A stretch of 62,739 nt of DNA, counting the filler, from Phoronis australis (lineage: Eukaryota; Animalia; Phoronida), in NCBI GenBank assembly GCA_002633005.1. It is 7 parts of 7 records of this genome, joined end to end, with 100 filler letters (N's around TTAATTAATTAA, not from the genome) between each part and the next. Parts side by side here need not be neighbours in the genome. Positions count along the whole stretch, not along the records: positions 20,003 to 23,135 come from NMRA01003202.1; positions 23,236 to 50,559 come from NMRA01001317.1; 5 more parts are not named here. The stretch is one strand, 5' to 3'. The translations under genes were made by a program, and so were the position numbers. Of the stretch, positions 23,033 through 36,094 are shown piece after piece (positions within the stretch are counted from its first letter, which is position 1; every line of letters begins with the position of its first letter). A model generated the notes under the pieces. It was not told the DNA's origin. It saw nothing but the letters and a program-made list of their open reading frames with translations, and did not search any database.

Positions 23033-24877
23033 CTGCAACAGTTTTCACACATGGGATTGGCTGAGTCTGACCTTTGACATCCGGTAGAGTTTCCTGGGCT
23101 TGAAGGTCCTGAGATTCATTGTAGTCACCTGATGCNNNNNNNNNNNNNNNNNNNNNNNNNNNNNNNNNNNNNNNNNNNNTTAATTAATTAANNNNNNNNN
23201 NNNNNNNNNNNNNNNNNNNNNNNNNNNNNNNNNNNGTTTCACTCAAATGAGGACGCTGTGACCAAGCCAGATACTGCTAGGTCGGAGTTCTTATCAGCAG
23301 CCGTGAACGGATACAACACGACAACAACCAAATTCTGTCGCAAATTGGTCGAATACTTAATGTGAAAATTCGTTCCGGTAACTGGGGGCCCATTTTGCCA
23401 AAGTGGCCTGGTGACAGCATGTACGGGGCTTTGAGTCGTCTTTGTAGAGTTAGGAGCGTTGATAACCGACTGTGTAAAAATGAAACCTCTCACCGTTGAA
23501 TTCATCTACATGCATTTGATTCAGGCTTTCGTTTTGTTTCCGACCTATTGTCCGATCGACCATAAGATGTTGTGCAGCGTTCGGTCGCTCCCGGCGTGAT
23601 CCAATGGCGCGCATACGATATTTGTGGCAAAGAATGTAACTCGCTGATAAAAGAGCGGACTAAATTTTCTTGAGTGTTCTTGTTAAACCTATGAAAAAAA
23701 GGAAATTTGGTCTTAATGTTGTATCAGTTTGTTAAATATGCAGATTGCGTATCAAGTCTTTGGGGATGTAGCCTTACAATTCTTTTGCAAAGCGTTGCGA
23801 GTTGTTCCCAATCGAAAAATGAAGTTAAATGTTGGTATAAAAGGCATTCAACAATTGTTTGGACTTGCAACAAATCATGTCACATAATTTGTCATTCAGT
23901 TGTTAGAACGACCACGAACCGGGGTAGGACTGACCTCCGTCCGTGAGTCATGACTAGCCGGCGACCTGCATGCTTTACCTGGTCGCAGGGCGACCACGTG
24001 GATTTAGTGTCTGAAGGTACCCGGCCGTTACGCCCCTAGCTCAGTGTTATTGTAGAAAATACAAAATCCCCGGTAAATACTGCGAATAAACTTTGTGAAT
24101 CGATCGGATTCGTAGCAACGTGAAAAGCACAAGCGCACTGCCTTTTAAAGCTTACTCTTGCTGATTGTGCATTGCAACTAAGGTAAGGTTTTGATTTGTA
24201 AAAATGCAGCCCAAATTGTGTTCCACGAGATTTTTACCAGAAGCGTGTCTATAAATAGGAATTTACAGACACGTTACGCCCCTAGCTCCGCCCACAGCTG
24301 AGACGTAAAATGAAGCATTGTCTTGTGATCAGAGTTTAAACCTAGCACTGAGCTAATGTTGGAACGTACATACACTTAAGTGCCGTTTCCACGGACCAGC
24401 TGACACAGAGGAACTTGACACGGCGTAACTACGAGTGTAAACAGCAGTTGCTACGGCCAATAGTCATTGCCTTTTGGCTTATGACTGTAGGGAAAAGTTA
24501 GAATGTCAGTACTAATGCCAACGTTGACTTTTTTGTCTGGGACTAATATCTCTAAGATGTACATCAATTTTTGGGGAATTTTCTACCAAATACAAAAGAG
24601 CTTGAAATGTGTTCCTTTTTGAGAGATAGAAAACAGAACGCAGCCTACACTTACTTGTACTAAGTTTAATATATTCCTCCACATAGACCTCAGTCCACAT
24701 GTACAGAAATAGTAGTGCAGTTAAAAGCATCGCCTTAGTATGGCATGGTATAAGTAAGAATTGTGAACTACACGCCTTATGTTGGTCACATCACGTGATA
24801 CCTGTCTCGTTTGACTAGACTCGAACCTATGGGATGTTCTGCTAACAGTGCAGACGTTCTAGTCCAGACCATCAGTC

Positions 24878-25036
24878 CAGTGACGGATTCAGAGGGGGGG
24901 GGGTGTAGGGACCAGTGGCCCCCCTAAAATTCTCCCATATTCCATTTGACAGTTCGGGGGTGCAAATGTCTGACGGGCAAAATCCTGGCTAATACTCTAC
25001 CCTGCCCCCCAACTCAAAATCCTGGATCCGCCTCTG
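24878..25036 (+). mobile_element. MITE family B copy
   Basis: homologous to 4299-4457; 5-bp TSD cagtc. Confidence 0.85.
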
Positions 25037-25121
25037 CAGTCGACTTCAGAAAACAAACAAGACTAAACAAGAGTCATCCAACCTAAACTTGGAAGTATAC
25101 GTAAGTAGTGTCGTGTGTTAA

Positions 25122-25410
25122 AGGGATTCTAAGCCCTTTTTAACGATTGCAACCAATCCTCGTTCTGTTACCTGCTAATGTATCATTGGCGTCAATCTTG
25201 AAATGTAAAGGCATGAATCAACTAAAAACGTATACTCGCTAGTCGCAGATTGGATAGGTCTTGGTGGGTGGTCTTTGCCCAAAGTTGCGGTAAGAAGACT
25301 TCGAAAGGAGTTTTCAAAATTTCCTCCAATTTTTAAGGTTGTCGAGGGTTATAGAGCATTATTTTGTTCATGGAATTTTTGATAATAGGCCAAAACCGGG
25401 TTTCGTATCC
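25122..25410 (+). mobile_element. TTAA-flanked MITE family D (Kolobok-like)
   Basis: TTAA both sides; homologous to 56560-56899 (caaccaatcctcg...tcattggc...caaaaccgggttt). Confidence 0.65.
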
Positions 25411-26032
25411 TTAAATTTCAAACTTGAACTGAGATAAGTGCGTGTACCGCCTGTATGCGTCAATGCATTCCGGAGGCAAGATCTTTCAAATACAAAGAGG
25501 TGTCGGCGAAAGTGACTACCTGAATATATAGTGCAAGTGTTTGAAATGCCTAAGCGCGCATGAGCTAACACATCTCTGGGCACTTGACTTTTTTCCCAAA
25601 TATATTTCGAATAATTAAATGATAAAAAATTAAATAAGTGCGGTGACAACAAAAGCTGTTCCAAAAACATTATGGTCATATTTGACGTTTTTATCATATT
25701 ATGTTATTTGGTTTAGTGTGACCGCAGCCATGTTCGCATCACGTGACTTCTTCGGTGCGTGTTCATGGGTCGCGCGCGCAAGGACTTCTAATGTCTTGAC
25801 TCTCCGGCTTGTAATTCAGTTTATACATCACCGTGTTCTTGTTTGTTTCCTATGATACTCAGATGTTGGCATCCTCGTTTACATTCAGAAACTCCTGTGT
25901 ATCGTTTTCTCAACCACTTACGAAGGACAGCACCGTGATTTAATAACCGAGCAGACAGTTATTGTCTTTTTGCGTAATTCTCAAAATTACTCTACAATCT
26001 TTTCTTGCACTTGCAGAATCCAGCTTAACGAA

Positions 26033-28742
26033 ATGGTTTTCATTTCAACAATGATCACAGTCCTATCTGTTTGTTGTGTCGGCATCCTACTCTTCGTCAT
26101 TTACGCGAACATTAACAAACATCAGTGCACAAGTGAAAAAGATCTTACTGATAAAGTTGTCGTTATCACTGGTGCCAATACAGGTATGTGCATCTCCGAT
26201 AGCAGCACTTCGCTTATTGTCGTCTCCTGACGACAGTGCCTTTCCATTTTTGGTCAGATTCGACGTATTGCGGTGCCATGACATCTATTGGCCATTTTTA
26301 TTGTTCTTTAGTCGGTTTTTGTCGTCCACCTCTCTATGTCAGGCTAAACCACTCAAAGGATCAGTATGAAAATTGGAAGAAATATTTCTGCTGATAAGAG
26401 CACGACTGGCGTTAATTTTCAGATGAGTCCAATTCGAGCGGCGACGCAAGCAGACGTTGATATGCGACATGAAGAGATCGCTTCTAGTACCATTTCAATA
26501 AGCCAGATGCTCAGTTTATTATTCATACAACTTAAGAGGTAGCATCAATCCAAAATCAAATGCAAGCGTATCGAACTCACCATCGCCTGACGCGCATCGA
26601 TTTTCGCTATCTTTAAAAGGTTAAATTGGCTCTAGCAATCATGTACGTGCAACTCAGCTTCTTTACGCATCCGCATTTTCAGGAATAGGATTTGAGACTG
26701 CACTGGATTTAGCAAAACGAAATGCACGAGTTATACTGGTGTGCCGAAGTAAAGAGAAAGGAAAGCGAGCCGTAGACAAAATAATCGCAGAAACCGGAAA
26801 CGGAAATGTCGAGTGCAGACTGTGTGACACCAGTTCAATGAAGTCAGTCAAGGAGTTCTGTGATGCGTTCTTGATGGATGAAAATCGGTTGGATATCTTG
26901 ATCAACAATGCTGGGGTGTCTGGTAAGTCTGAACACACGAAACATAGCCTTTTTACTAAATACTGTACACTGATCCTACGATGGAAAAATAACCGACGTA
27001 TAAATGGAACGAAATAATGTGATTGATAAAATCCGTAAAAGGGCTCGAAAGTTGCACGTACCGTGTTCTTTTCGAGAGCATTCATGGCTTGATAAAGATA
27101 GCCCCTATATATTGCTCTGGATTTGTTGTGCATTCTTGCAGAACAACTATTATCCAAAACAGTCAGATTTAGGGGGTGCAGGTTGGCATGTCCCATCTAT
27201 GGACTCGACCAAAGGAAAAATAATGTCACCAAAATTATGGTCGACGCCTCTTGCGACAGCGCACTTAGCTTAGCTATAAAGAGATCGTCCTTCGTGCAAC
27301 CTGCTTTTCACGTAAATCGGATTTCGTTTGGTTTTAGGTTTACCGCTAACAATGACTGAAGATGGATTGGAACTTACCTGGGCTACCAATTATCTAGGCC
27401 ATTTCCTGATGACCTATTTACTATTAGGTATGGCATGATTTTACAAAAAAATAATATTCATCCACGTGTACTTTACAAAGTATTCACTAGTTTCCATGTG
27501 AATCTTACAAACCATTAGAGGTCAAGTTTGTCTGTGGCCTCTTTTCTGCATGCTTTTCACTTGAATGTGTGTACAGTTGTACATGTATCACAATTCATGA
27601 TGAGCCGCGACGACAAATAAAATACCTTTCTTATACCACAAATTTACTATCAACAAGTAGAGCGTTACTAAACTTTTATAATTTTATTTGAACATTCCAT
27701 ATCAAATTTATTTTGCACGCAGGCAAAGCCTGTAAGGTGTACCGACGTTGATTGTGTACCTTTTATAAACCTGAAAGAAATGTACGTGTTGTGACAATAC
27801 GTGATCGTTTTACAGATATTCTAAAAAGGTCAGCGCCGTGTCGCATAATTAACGTCTCATCCAGCATGCATTTGAAGCAAGCAAAGATTAATTTCGACGA
27901 CTTGTTCTCTGTTCGAGACTTCCGTCCTTATTTAGTGTATAGGGACACAAAGTTGGCGCAGATTTTGTTCTCGAAAGAGCTCGCCGAACGGTTGTCGGAA
28001 ACAGGTTAGTACAAGTTAGAGAGTTTGTTATAGCCGCACAGTACCTGTATTTATTTCTGGATAGTCACTAACTAAGTTGTGTTGGATTGCGGTGCAAATA
28101 AATGAGAAAAATCACAGCAATAATTAAAATTGGTTTATTGCTATTAAAATAAATACCTCTTTTATACTTGCCCTATGTTTGTTACTTCACCTGTTTTTCT
28201 TGTAATTGTAACTTATCACTGTGACGTTTTCTGCAAACAAACCCTATGAAAGAAATTGCAATGTTGATGACAACAATAAGCGTATGGAAATGAGTGATGT
28301 CAGACCCCATTAAGAGAAGCCAAACAATATGTCGTCCAATCTGAGCAATGTTGTTCGAGGACCACAATTATATCAGTAGCTGTCGAAACTGAACGATGTC
28401 TACCGATCATAATTAAAATCCGCATTGATCTTTGCCATTTTCATCATTCCGCGGAGGCGGCCATTTTGTTGGTGCACCTCCAGGAATTTCAAAACTCAAC
28501 TTTAAAATTCTCCAAGAAACAACGCGCAAGCTAACGCGGCTTTTACTTTGACTAGTGCACACGAGACTAACTGGTTTATTGATTTTTTCTGCACGTATCG
28601 AAGCATCTTAATGTTCTTTGAATGTTCCTCAGGTGTCGTAGTGCTGAGTCTACATCCAGGAATTGTTAAAACAGAAGTCACGCGACACAACCCCGTAGTA
28701 GACAAGGTGTTTAGTTTGCTGGCCAAGGCTAGAATACTTAAG
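26033..28742 (+). CDS. Short-chain dehydrogenase/reductase, RDH11/12/13-like; exons 26033-26183, 26683-26922, 27338-27427, 27816-28004, 28633-28742; last exon not found
   Basis: N-terminal TM anchor; TGANTGIG; LDILINNAG; TNYLGHF; RIINVSS; catalytic YRDTK; SLHPGIVKT; all GT-AG introns in compatible phase. Confidence 0.93.
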
Positions 28743-29966
28743 GTAATTATCGTGAGATGTGACCAGTGAACAAACCATTTTTGAAATTGTTTTTCATTGA
28801 TGATATTAGAGTAAAGGCATACCGTTGATATGAACGATTTATAGAAATTATTAACCCATTACAGGGCATTGAACTATATGCCTGGCGGGTGTTTTGTCTC
28901 AACTGATGGAGTTGCGGATATATGTATTAATGTATATCATGTTTCCATTCCATAGACTCCTTGTGAAGGTGCACAAACCACAATCCATTGCGCCGTAGCG
29001 GATGACGTAGTTTCGGGATGTTACTATGACAACTGCTGTGTTGCCACAGAGACAGTAATGGTGAATGACGTACCTCTTAGAAAACGACTTTGGAGCGTGA
29101 GCGAGCACTTAGTGGGGATACAATGAAGTCAAACTCCATCAGTCTGTTTGAAGATGGCGTAACGTTCCCATGATGTGCTCAGTGAGGCGTCAACTAAAGA
29201 ACAGAGAAACAGTTGGCACCAACTCAATCCTGTTCTCAGGAAATGCGAGCTCGTCCTGGATCTTGCATAACGGACTGGAGATGGGCTTGAACAACCCAAC
29301 TACTGTACATACATGTAGATAACTTGTTAAATATAAATTATCTCTCTACCTGCGCGGACCATGTGAGGTAGGGCTGTAGCAAAGTCAGTCAGTCGCGAGG
29401 GGGCGTAAACATTGCGGTGTGCAGTCCCATCCGGTTGGAGAAGAACTATTGATCATGTCGTGTAGTAACTTAACGCAGGCGGCAGGCAATATTACAAATT
29501 TCATCTAATAACAAAACATTTAAGTCACCACACAGTGGTTGAGAATGAGCATTACGTTTTGTTTGTTCAGACTGGCGCTGTGCTCGCCTTTTATGGTTTT
29601 TACGCGCCCGCACTTATTGTATGTCCTGGCACATGCTCCGAATGAAAGTGGGTCAAGTTAGCATCCAGTAACTTTGCTTAAATATATGAGTTGGAGATGT
29701 GTTTTAGAGATAGCTTGTGACAGAAATATTGGAGATGTAATTTCCACGATATCGTCAATTTGTAACCCTAAAAGTGAAATTAGCGATCATTTTCACTTGT
29801 GAATTATTTTAAATATCTTTGGATATGTACAGCCAAAATAAACGTAGTTGCACATTGGATAAGCTCGCTGGCGTCCAATCAGTCCTAAGCGAACGCTCTC
29901 TTGTACCCTTACATATCTCGTCATTTCAATACAGAAAATACTGAAAGTGGAACTTACAACATGTAT

Positions 29967-30116
29967 CATGCGCGCACCCAGGGGGGCTCGAATGCCCCCC
30001 TCCCCTCCCCCCATTGGCGAAGTGGGCAAAAAGGTCTGCACCCGAGAGACAAAAAGTCCGAGAACATTGGGCAAATAAGCGCAATGTCGCAATTCACAGA
30101 GGTGCTCCCGTTTTTT
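29967..30116 (+). mobile_element. MITE family E, 5' partial copy
   Basis: catgcgcgcacccaggggggctcg...ggcgaagtgggcaaaaagg shared with 32059 and 40592. Confidence 0.65.
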
Positions 30117-31395
30117 NTTTAACTCATACAAAAATGTCCTTCATCTCTGTTTTTGCGTTTTCTGTACAAACCTAATCTTTCGACAATGACGCATCGCTCA
30201 CTCTTTAGCTCTTTAATAGCGCTACCTGTAAAGGATCGACACCAATGCGAAATATCATCAAAAGATTCATCGTTCTAGAAATTCGAACATCATCTCCTGT
30301 AATTCTGGCTACTGGCGTGGTAGGTACGTGCGCTAATCTTGCATTCCTTCGCAACATCCTACTTTGACAAGAAAGATTACTTTTGTCTGTGACAAAATGG
30401 CGACGCAACGGCAGAAATGTTTTCTACATTTTTTCTTTCCAAATTTCAAACACAAATTAAAAAGTTTTGAACGACAGTCATCGAAAGACACTTGCCTACT
30501 TTGGTGAGTGCTCAAAGATAGCATAATTAGACGTTATTCGAGTCATTTTTGTAAAAACGTCTATTAGCAATCTCAATGCAAGACTATGGGAGAATCTCAT
30601 TTTCTACGCCTTGTGAACAGTTGACAGTACCGGATTTCTAGAAGGGTAAAGAGGCAATTGCCCCAGGCGCCATTCCGAGAGAACACCCCGTCTTAAAGGC
30701 TAAATGTCACTAACAAGTAGAAAAGAGTGGCAGTTAATTCCATCATCACAATCGGTTCCATCGTTTGTCCATCTTTTCTTTAGTGTCTGCTTAAGACTTA
30801 TCAATAAAAAACACGAAAAGGATGACCGTATGGATGCTATCAACGGACCCCCACGGGCTGGGCACCTAAATACGAAAGGATCTATTTATCCAAATAAGCA
30901 GGAAATGAGCCACAACTAATGCTATCTGTTAGGTTCTCAAATTTTATCAAGCGATGAACAATTTCGATAAACAACGAAAGAGACTGAGCAGGGACAGATT
31001 ACTCAGGGGTCTCTGGGGGAATACTTTGCATTCCGTAAATTGTCTTCTTGAATATAAAAATCCAGCAAATTAATATCCTTTACAAAGGCTGTGCTTAACT
31101 TTTTCAAGTGCATTTGAACTTACTATGTTGAAAAATGGGTCCCTCCGACTCAAAGGGTAAATCTAGCGCTGGTAGTTACCAAATGTTCTCTTTGATTTAC
31201 TATTTTCTCCATGATTCGCTGTCTTTCTTTTCACGACTGCCCTCGGCCATCCGCCTTCCGTGCCGGTAGTCACGATTTAACCTAAACGCCTAAAAAATCT
31301 TGGGGTGCGCGTTCACCCCCTGCTTCCTACCTCCCCGCTGAGTCATCAGACGCTACATATCAAAACTCCCTAGCTGGTGATTCCAAAAACGTTAA

Positions 31396-31891
31396 GGTTA
31401 TGAAGGACCTTATCGGCAAGTCTGTACATGTACATTTAGCCAAATATCTATAGAACTATAGAATTTAATTCAGCAACATTTTATATTTCCTTGAAGCAGA
31501 AATTCCGTAGAATTTGATATTTACTTTATACCAATCTGCCACTAATTAGGTCATGTGACCTTGTCATTTTAGGAAAATTTAGCACAAAAGAAAGGCAAAT
31601 GTATGGCAAAACACCAGGATCAATAACATGACCGAATTTTGTATCACATAACTGTTCAAAATAAAATCTCCTAAACATCGTTTGACAGTTTTCTAAATTA
31701 TGTTTCTTCATGAGATTCATGTCAGTCCTATTTTCGATAGCCCCTCGTGATGAAGTGGAACATTTTGAAAACAATCGTAACAGCATTTTTGCGATTAAGC
31801 ATAGCATTTGAAAGTTTCATATGGTTTTGATGAACCATTTCTGAGACACGATGTTCCGAAGGTGGGCAGTTTTTTAGACTTCTACATAACC
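31396..31891 (+). mobile_element. TTAA-type MITE family F
   Basis: ttaa|ggttatgaaggaccttatc ... ctacataacc termini; partial copy near 50376-50520. Confidence 0.55.
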
Positions 31892-32058
31892 TCAAGGACA
31901 AGAACTCGTGTGTTCTGCAAAGGATAGCTTAACACTTATTTATGCAAAATACCAGCACGTGACTGAAATATTGGCTTGTGATTGTTTAGTGCAGTCTAGC
32001 GTAAAGGTTAAAGGTGAGGCTAGGCCCATTCTGACAGTCGTCGACGCTCCACTAAGTC

Positions 32059-32331
32059 CATGCGCACACCCAGGGGGGCTAGGGGGGCTCGAACGAGCCA
32101 CCACTCCCCCTCCCCCATTTGGCGAAGTGGGTAAAAAGGTCCACCACAGGGAAAAAAGACCGAGAAAACGAGACAAAATTCCACTAAAAAGGCACAGACT
32201 CACAGTTCACAGACCTGAAGGTGGTACCCCGTTTTTCTTCTCTTTTTTTAGTCCTCCCGCTTTTTCGTTAACAACAGGTCCTCTTTGTCAGACATTCGAG
32301 CCCCCCATATTGAGGGCTGGGTGCGTGCGTG
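32059..32331 (+). mobile_element. MITE family E copy
   Basis: catgcgcacacccag / ctgggtgcgtgcgtg TIRs; flanks aagtc / aactc. Confidence 0.75.
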
Positions 32332-32648
32332 AACTCCAAATGACATTCCTCACGTTTCTAGGGTTACTATCTGTTTCAACGACCGCAAACATTGAAGTTC
32401 ATGAAAAAGATTACTTTGTTTGAAACAAAAAATTAAACACCTGCTGTAACTCACAGACTGGACCTACATGTTCATGCATATCATTCAACGTAGGCCTAGG
32501 ACTGTTATGCTGAAGTGAGAGGCACCTGTATTTTCACATCACCGCTTGGTTGATGCAGACGGGAGAGACAGGGTTAACTAGAGCTAAATGACGGCCACTT
32601 AAAGTGGATTGAGATGTGTTTGGAATGTTGAATAAAGGGATATACTAA

Positions 32649-32796
32649 CAGGGGCGGGTCCAGAATTTTGAGTTAGTGGGGCCCAGGTTAGAGTATTAGC
32701 CAGGATTTTGCGGGCAGACATTCGCACCCCCGAACTGCAAAATGGAATCTGGGAAAATTTTAGGGGGGGGCATGGCCCCCTCTAAATCCGCTACTG
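32649..32796 (-). mobile_element. MITE family B copy, reverse orientation
   Basis: reverse complement of 4299-4457; flanks actaa / agtaa. Confidence 0.8.
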
Positions 32797-32827
32797 AGTA
32801 AATCTTTAAACGACATGGAAGTATAGA

Positions 32828-32996
32828 TCACAAACATTTTAAGTCTGGTATGCACGCCACCTGCTGGCCACGGTTAGCAAAAGGTCCTGGATTCGAGTAC
32901 CGGTGGGGGGGGCAGAAATCTTTTCGGACTTGTGTTCATTAGGTAACGTGATGTAGCCAACAGGTGGCGTGTAGGCCAGACTTAAAATGTTTGTGA
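32828..32996. repeat. Inverted repeat with ~44-bp arms
   Basis: tcacaaacattttaagtctggtatgcacgccacctgctggccac vs gtagccaacaggtggcgtgtaggccagacttaaaatgtttgtga. Confidence 0.85.
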
Positions 32997-34529
32997 AAGG
33001 GATGTAATGTTTCCGTTCCATAAGCGAAGATTGTTCGACGCAAGTCTTTCGCGAGTGTCTTGAGCCTACGGTAAACAACCCAGCGCCTAAAAGGATACCA
33101 AACCCGATTTGGGCCAATTAGCATTCATTAACAACAACTTTCCCATCTAATTTTCTGAAACAAAATAACTCTCCGTACTCGACAACCCTCAAAGATTTGG
33201 AGCAAAGTTTGAAGAATTCCTCAAGTTACACGTCTGCTAAACGAGCAAGCGTAACATTCAGTATGCTTTAGGTGAATTACACGACATCCCACTAGGAGCC
33301 ATAATAAAAATTCTATGACACAGACAATATCAGTTTTAGTTGAATCCTGCTTTCATCACTTAAGTAAGACGCCAATGCAATAACGAGGGTTGGTTGAAAT
33401 CACTAAAACAGGGCAGTTACTTGACCGGAGGTAAAATTCAAATTGGTCACTTTCTTAATGCATATTTATAGACGTGGTAGTGACACCGTCGATTAAAACT
33501 AAACGAGTGTGTTGAAAAAAATTATAATTCGTAAAATCTTACCTACTCTCAATTTCAAAGAATTAAAATCCAGAAAAAAGAAGGATTTGTCTACTAACAT
33601 GTAAATCAATGATCATTAACTGATTGTACATGTACAATCGTCATGTCAGCATTTCATCCTGAAGCTTCCACAGATGGTGTCACCCAAGCCTTATTTCTCC
33701 CTAGGAAACCGCTTTCTAGTTTCTTATGAGATGAACGTGGTATCGAATTCCCCCCTCAGGTTCCACAATCATACGTTAATTCTTGAGAAAGTCAAATTAC
33801 TTTAATCCCTGAACAATTTTTACGAGCCTTTTCGGTGGCTATCGATCAGAAATTTCTATTTTGTGATTGAAAACCCTCAAAGAAAAAACGAAGCGGGAAC
33901 TTCTACCAACTATTCGAAATTTTGTCGCCGAGGAAATCAAGCGGAACGGTGTAAATCTTCTCAAAATGTGTTGGTGATCACACACGTCAGAAAACTGGCT
34001 GGTGTGTTTCCTCGCTCACACAAACAGTAGCTTGTGTGAAGAAAATGAGAAAGTTCCTGGAATCACGCACAAATTGCCATTGGGTGATTATACAAAAAGT
34101 TAAGTAGGCTACTTTAAGCACTGACCAGTGTAGATAAGTATTTTGCGTTGACTGTCGGTCAGAAACTTTCCTATTTTCTGTCCGAAATTTTGAAAGAAAA
34201 AGTTAAGAGAGATTTTCTGCTGATGCGTCGTCATTTTTTACTGACAAAAGCTTCCTTTCTTGTCACAGAGGATGTCGCTTAGGTATGTAAATTTAGCGCA
34301 CGTGCCAACGAGGTCTGTCACCAGCCTCCCGTTCAGTAACGCTAGGACGTCGCTAAAAAGCAAGACTTCGCGAGATTACACGAGATATTATAGTATATTT
34401 TGAATGAGAACAGAGACCGTAGAGAGCGTCTTTGATGAGAACACGTGACTTTGGCGAAATATAATCTAGGACCTAGCATAGATCCTACCGTTTCTCAACA
34501 CACATCAGGATTACGGGAGGGGATGTTCT

Positions 34530-34647
34530 CAGTGGCGGTTTTNCATATTCCATTTGGCAGTACAGGGGTACGAATGTCTGACAGGTAAAATCCTGGATAA
34601 TACTCTGCCCTGGGCGCCCCTAACTCAAAATCCTGGATCCGCCCCTG
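34530..34647 (+). mobile_element. MITE family B, internally shortened copy
   Basis: same core and ccctaactcaaaatcctggatccgcccctg end. Confidence 0.7.
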
Positions 34648-34999
34648 GAGGACGGTGGACATTTTAATGTTTCGCAAAAATTGGCGTCGTCCCTATACCG
34701 GTAAAGAGTAAACAAGTAAGCGACGTAATTAGTTTTCAATGTTTCATTTTCAAAAAAATAATAAGTTTGTACGGAAAATGCAATAACAGACGTACAGTTT
34801 ATTTAACTCAATATTCATTTTGAATGTTACACTTTCAGTGCTTTGCGAATTGCAAACGAAGAGATGTATAATGCTACAATAGAGCGTTCGGGTGGGATTG
34901 TCTGGACGCCAAGGTGCTCATAATGCATTCAGCTACGTGTTTGCAGGTTATATGCGTGTGCAAGAATACAAAGGCATATTTCTAGCAACTCTTCTCGAA

Positions 35000-35360
35000 T
35001 GCTGTCATCGGCACCTACTAATTATATGAACAAAGCCATGACGGAACAGAATTTTGCATTGTTTATTTCCTTTTTCAATATCAGCTTTTTTGGCGTGCTT
35101 TCCAATAATTTCGATAATTTCATTTCGTGGTTGAGACAAAGTACATGTGGCGTTCTTTATTGATGGATGGTGTAAATGTTTCACCATACTCAACTCCTCA
35201 ATACACAAATTTAGTACATCTAAGACCAATCGCTTTCAATCCGAAATCTCAAAAAGTGTGTACTATACCCTCATAGTAACAAGGCCTATACCGAAATCGC
35301 AGATAGCAACACAATTTTGTATTGTTTTGCCCAATGGTCGATTTTAAGTAAGCCACGTGC
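35000..35360 (-). pseudogene. hAT transposase remnant (DUF4371/ZMYM1-like region)
   Basis: KNATCTLSQPRNEIIEIIGKH and, after a frameshift, INNAKFCSVMA resemble KNAKYTSPxIQNEIIEII...KFFSIMADE. Confidence 0.55.
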
Positions 35361-36094
35361 TGCTTTTTCAGAGACACAGCTCTTTCTCTCGCTGCTGTTG
35401 ACTTCCAGGCAGGCATGCTCGCTATTAAGTATGATTCATGTTGCCCTATGGTCAACAAGAGAAAGCACGTGCGTTTCTGATTAGTCAGCGACTTTGAAAT
35501 TGTCAGACTCCGAAAACGTTCTTGTTGTCTACCTGAAATATCACAAGTCGAAGTTGATGCGTCCTGGTGTTGTGATCTTACCTAAAGCGCTTTGAATCAG
35601 AAGCACCAAAAGCTTCGAAATTGTTACTGTTTTTGTTATTAGTAGCTAACATTTGTTGTTGCTCAACTACATCCTTACTAGCTGGGGCTGGACTTTTTCC
35701 GCGAACCNNNNNNNNNNNNNNNNNNNNNNNNNNNNNNNNNNNNNNNNNNNNNNNNNNNNNNNNNNNNNNNNNNNNNNNNNNNNNNNNNNNNNNNNNNNNN
35801 NNNNNNNNNNNNNNNNNNNNNNNNNNNNNNNNNNNNNNNNNNNNNNNNNNNNNNNNNNNNNNNNNNNNNNNNNNNNNNNNNNNNNNNNNNNNNNNNNNNN
35901 NNNNNNNNNNNNNNNNNNNNNNNNNNNNNNNNNNNNNNNNNNNNNNNNNNNNNNNNNNNCGAACCCCCCCCCCCCCCTCCCCCGGCTACGGGCCTGCCAA
36001 CTGTCACCTTTTTACAATGCTTAGCCTATGTGAACTTTTGCCCGCTATTATCTCGCAGTCGTTAGACATACATGTACTTTCGTAGAAGTAAGTC

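Noticed and set aside
26663-27196. 177-aa minus-strand ORF
   Set aside because: Antisense shadow of SDR exon 2 and its intron; no recognisable motif
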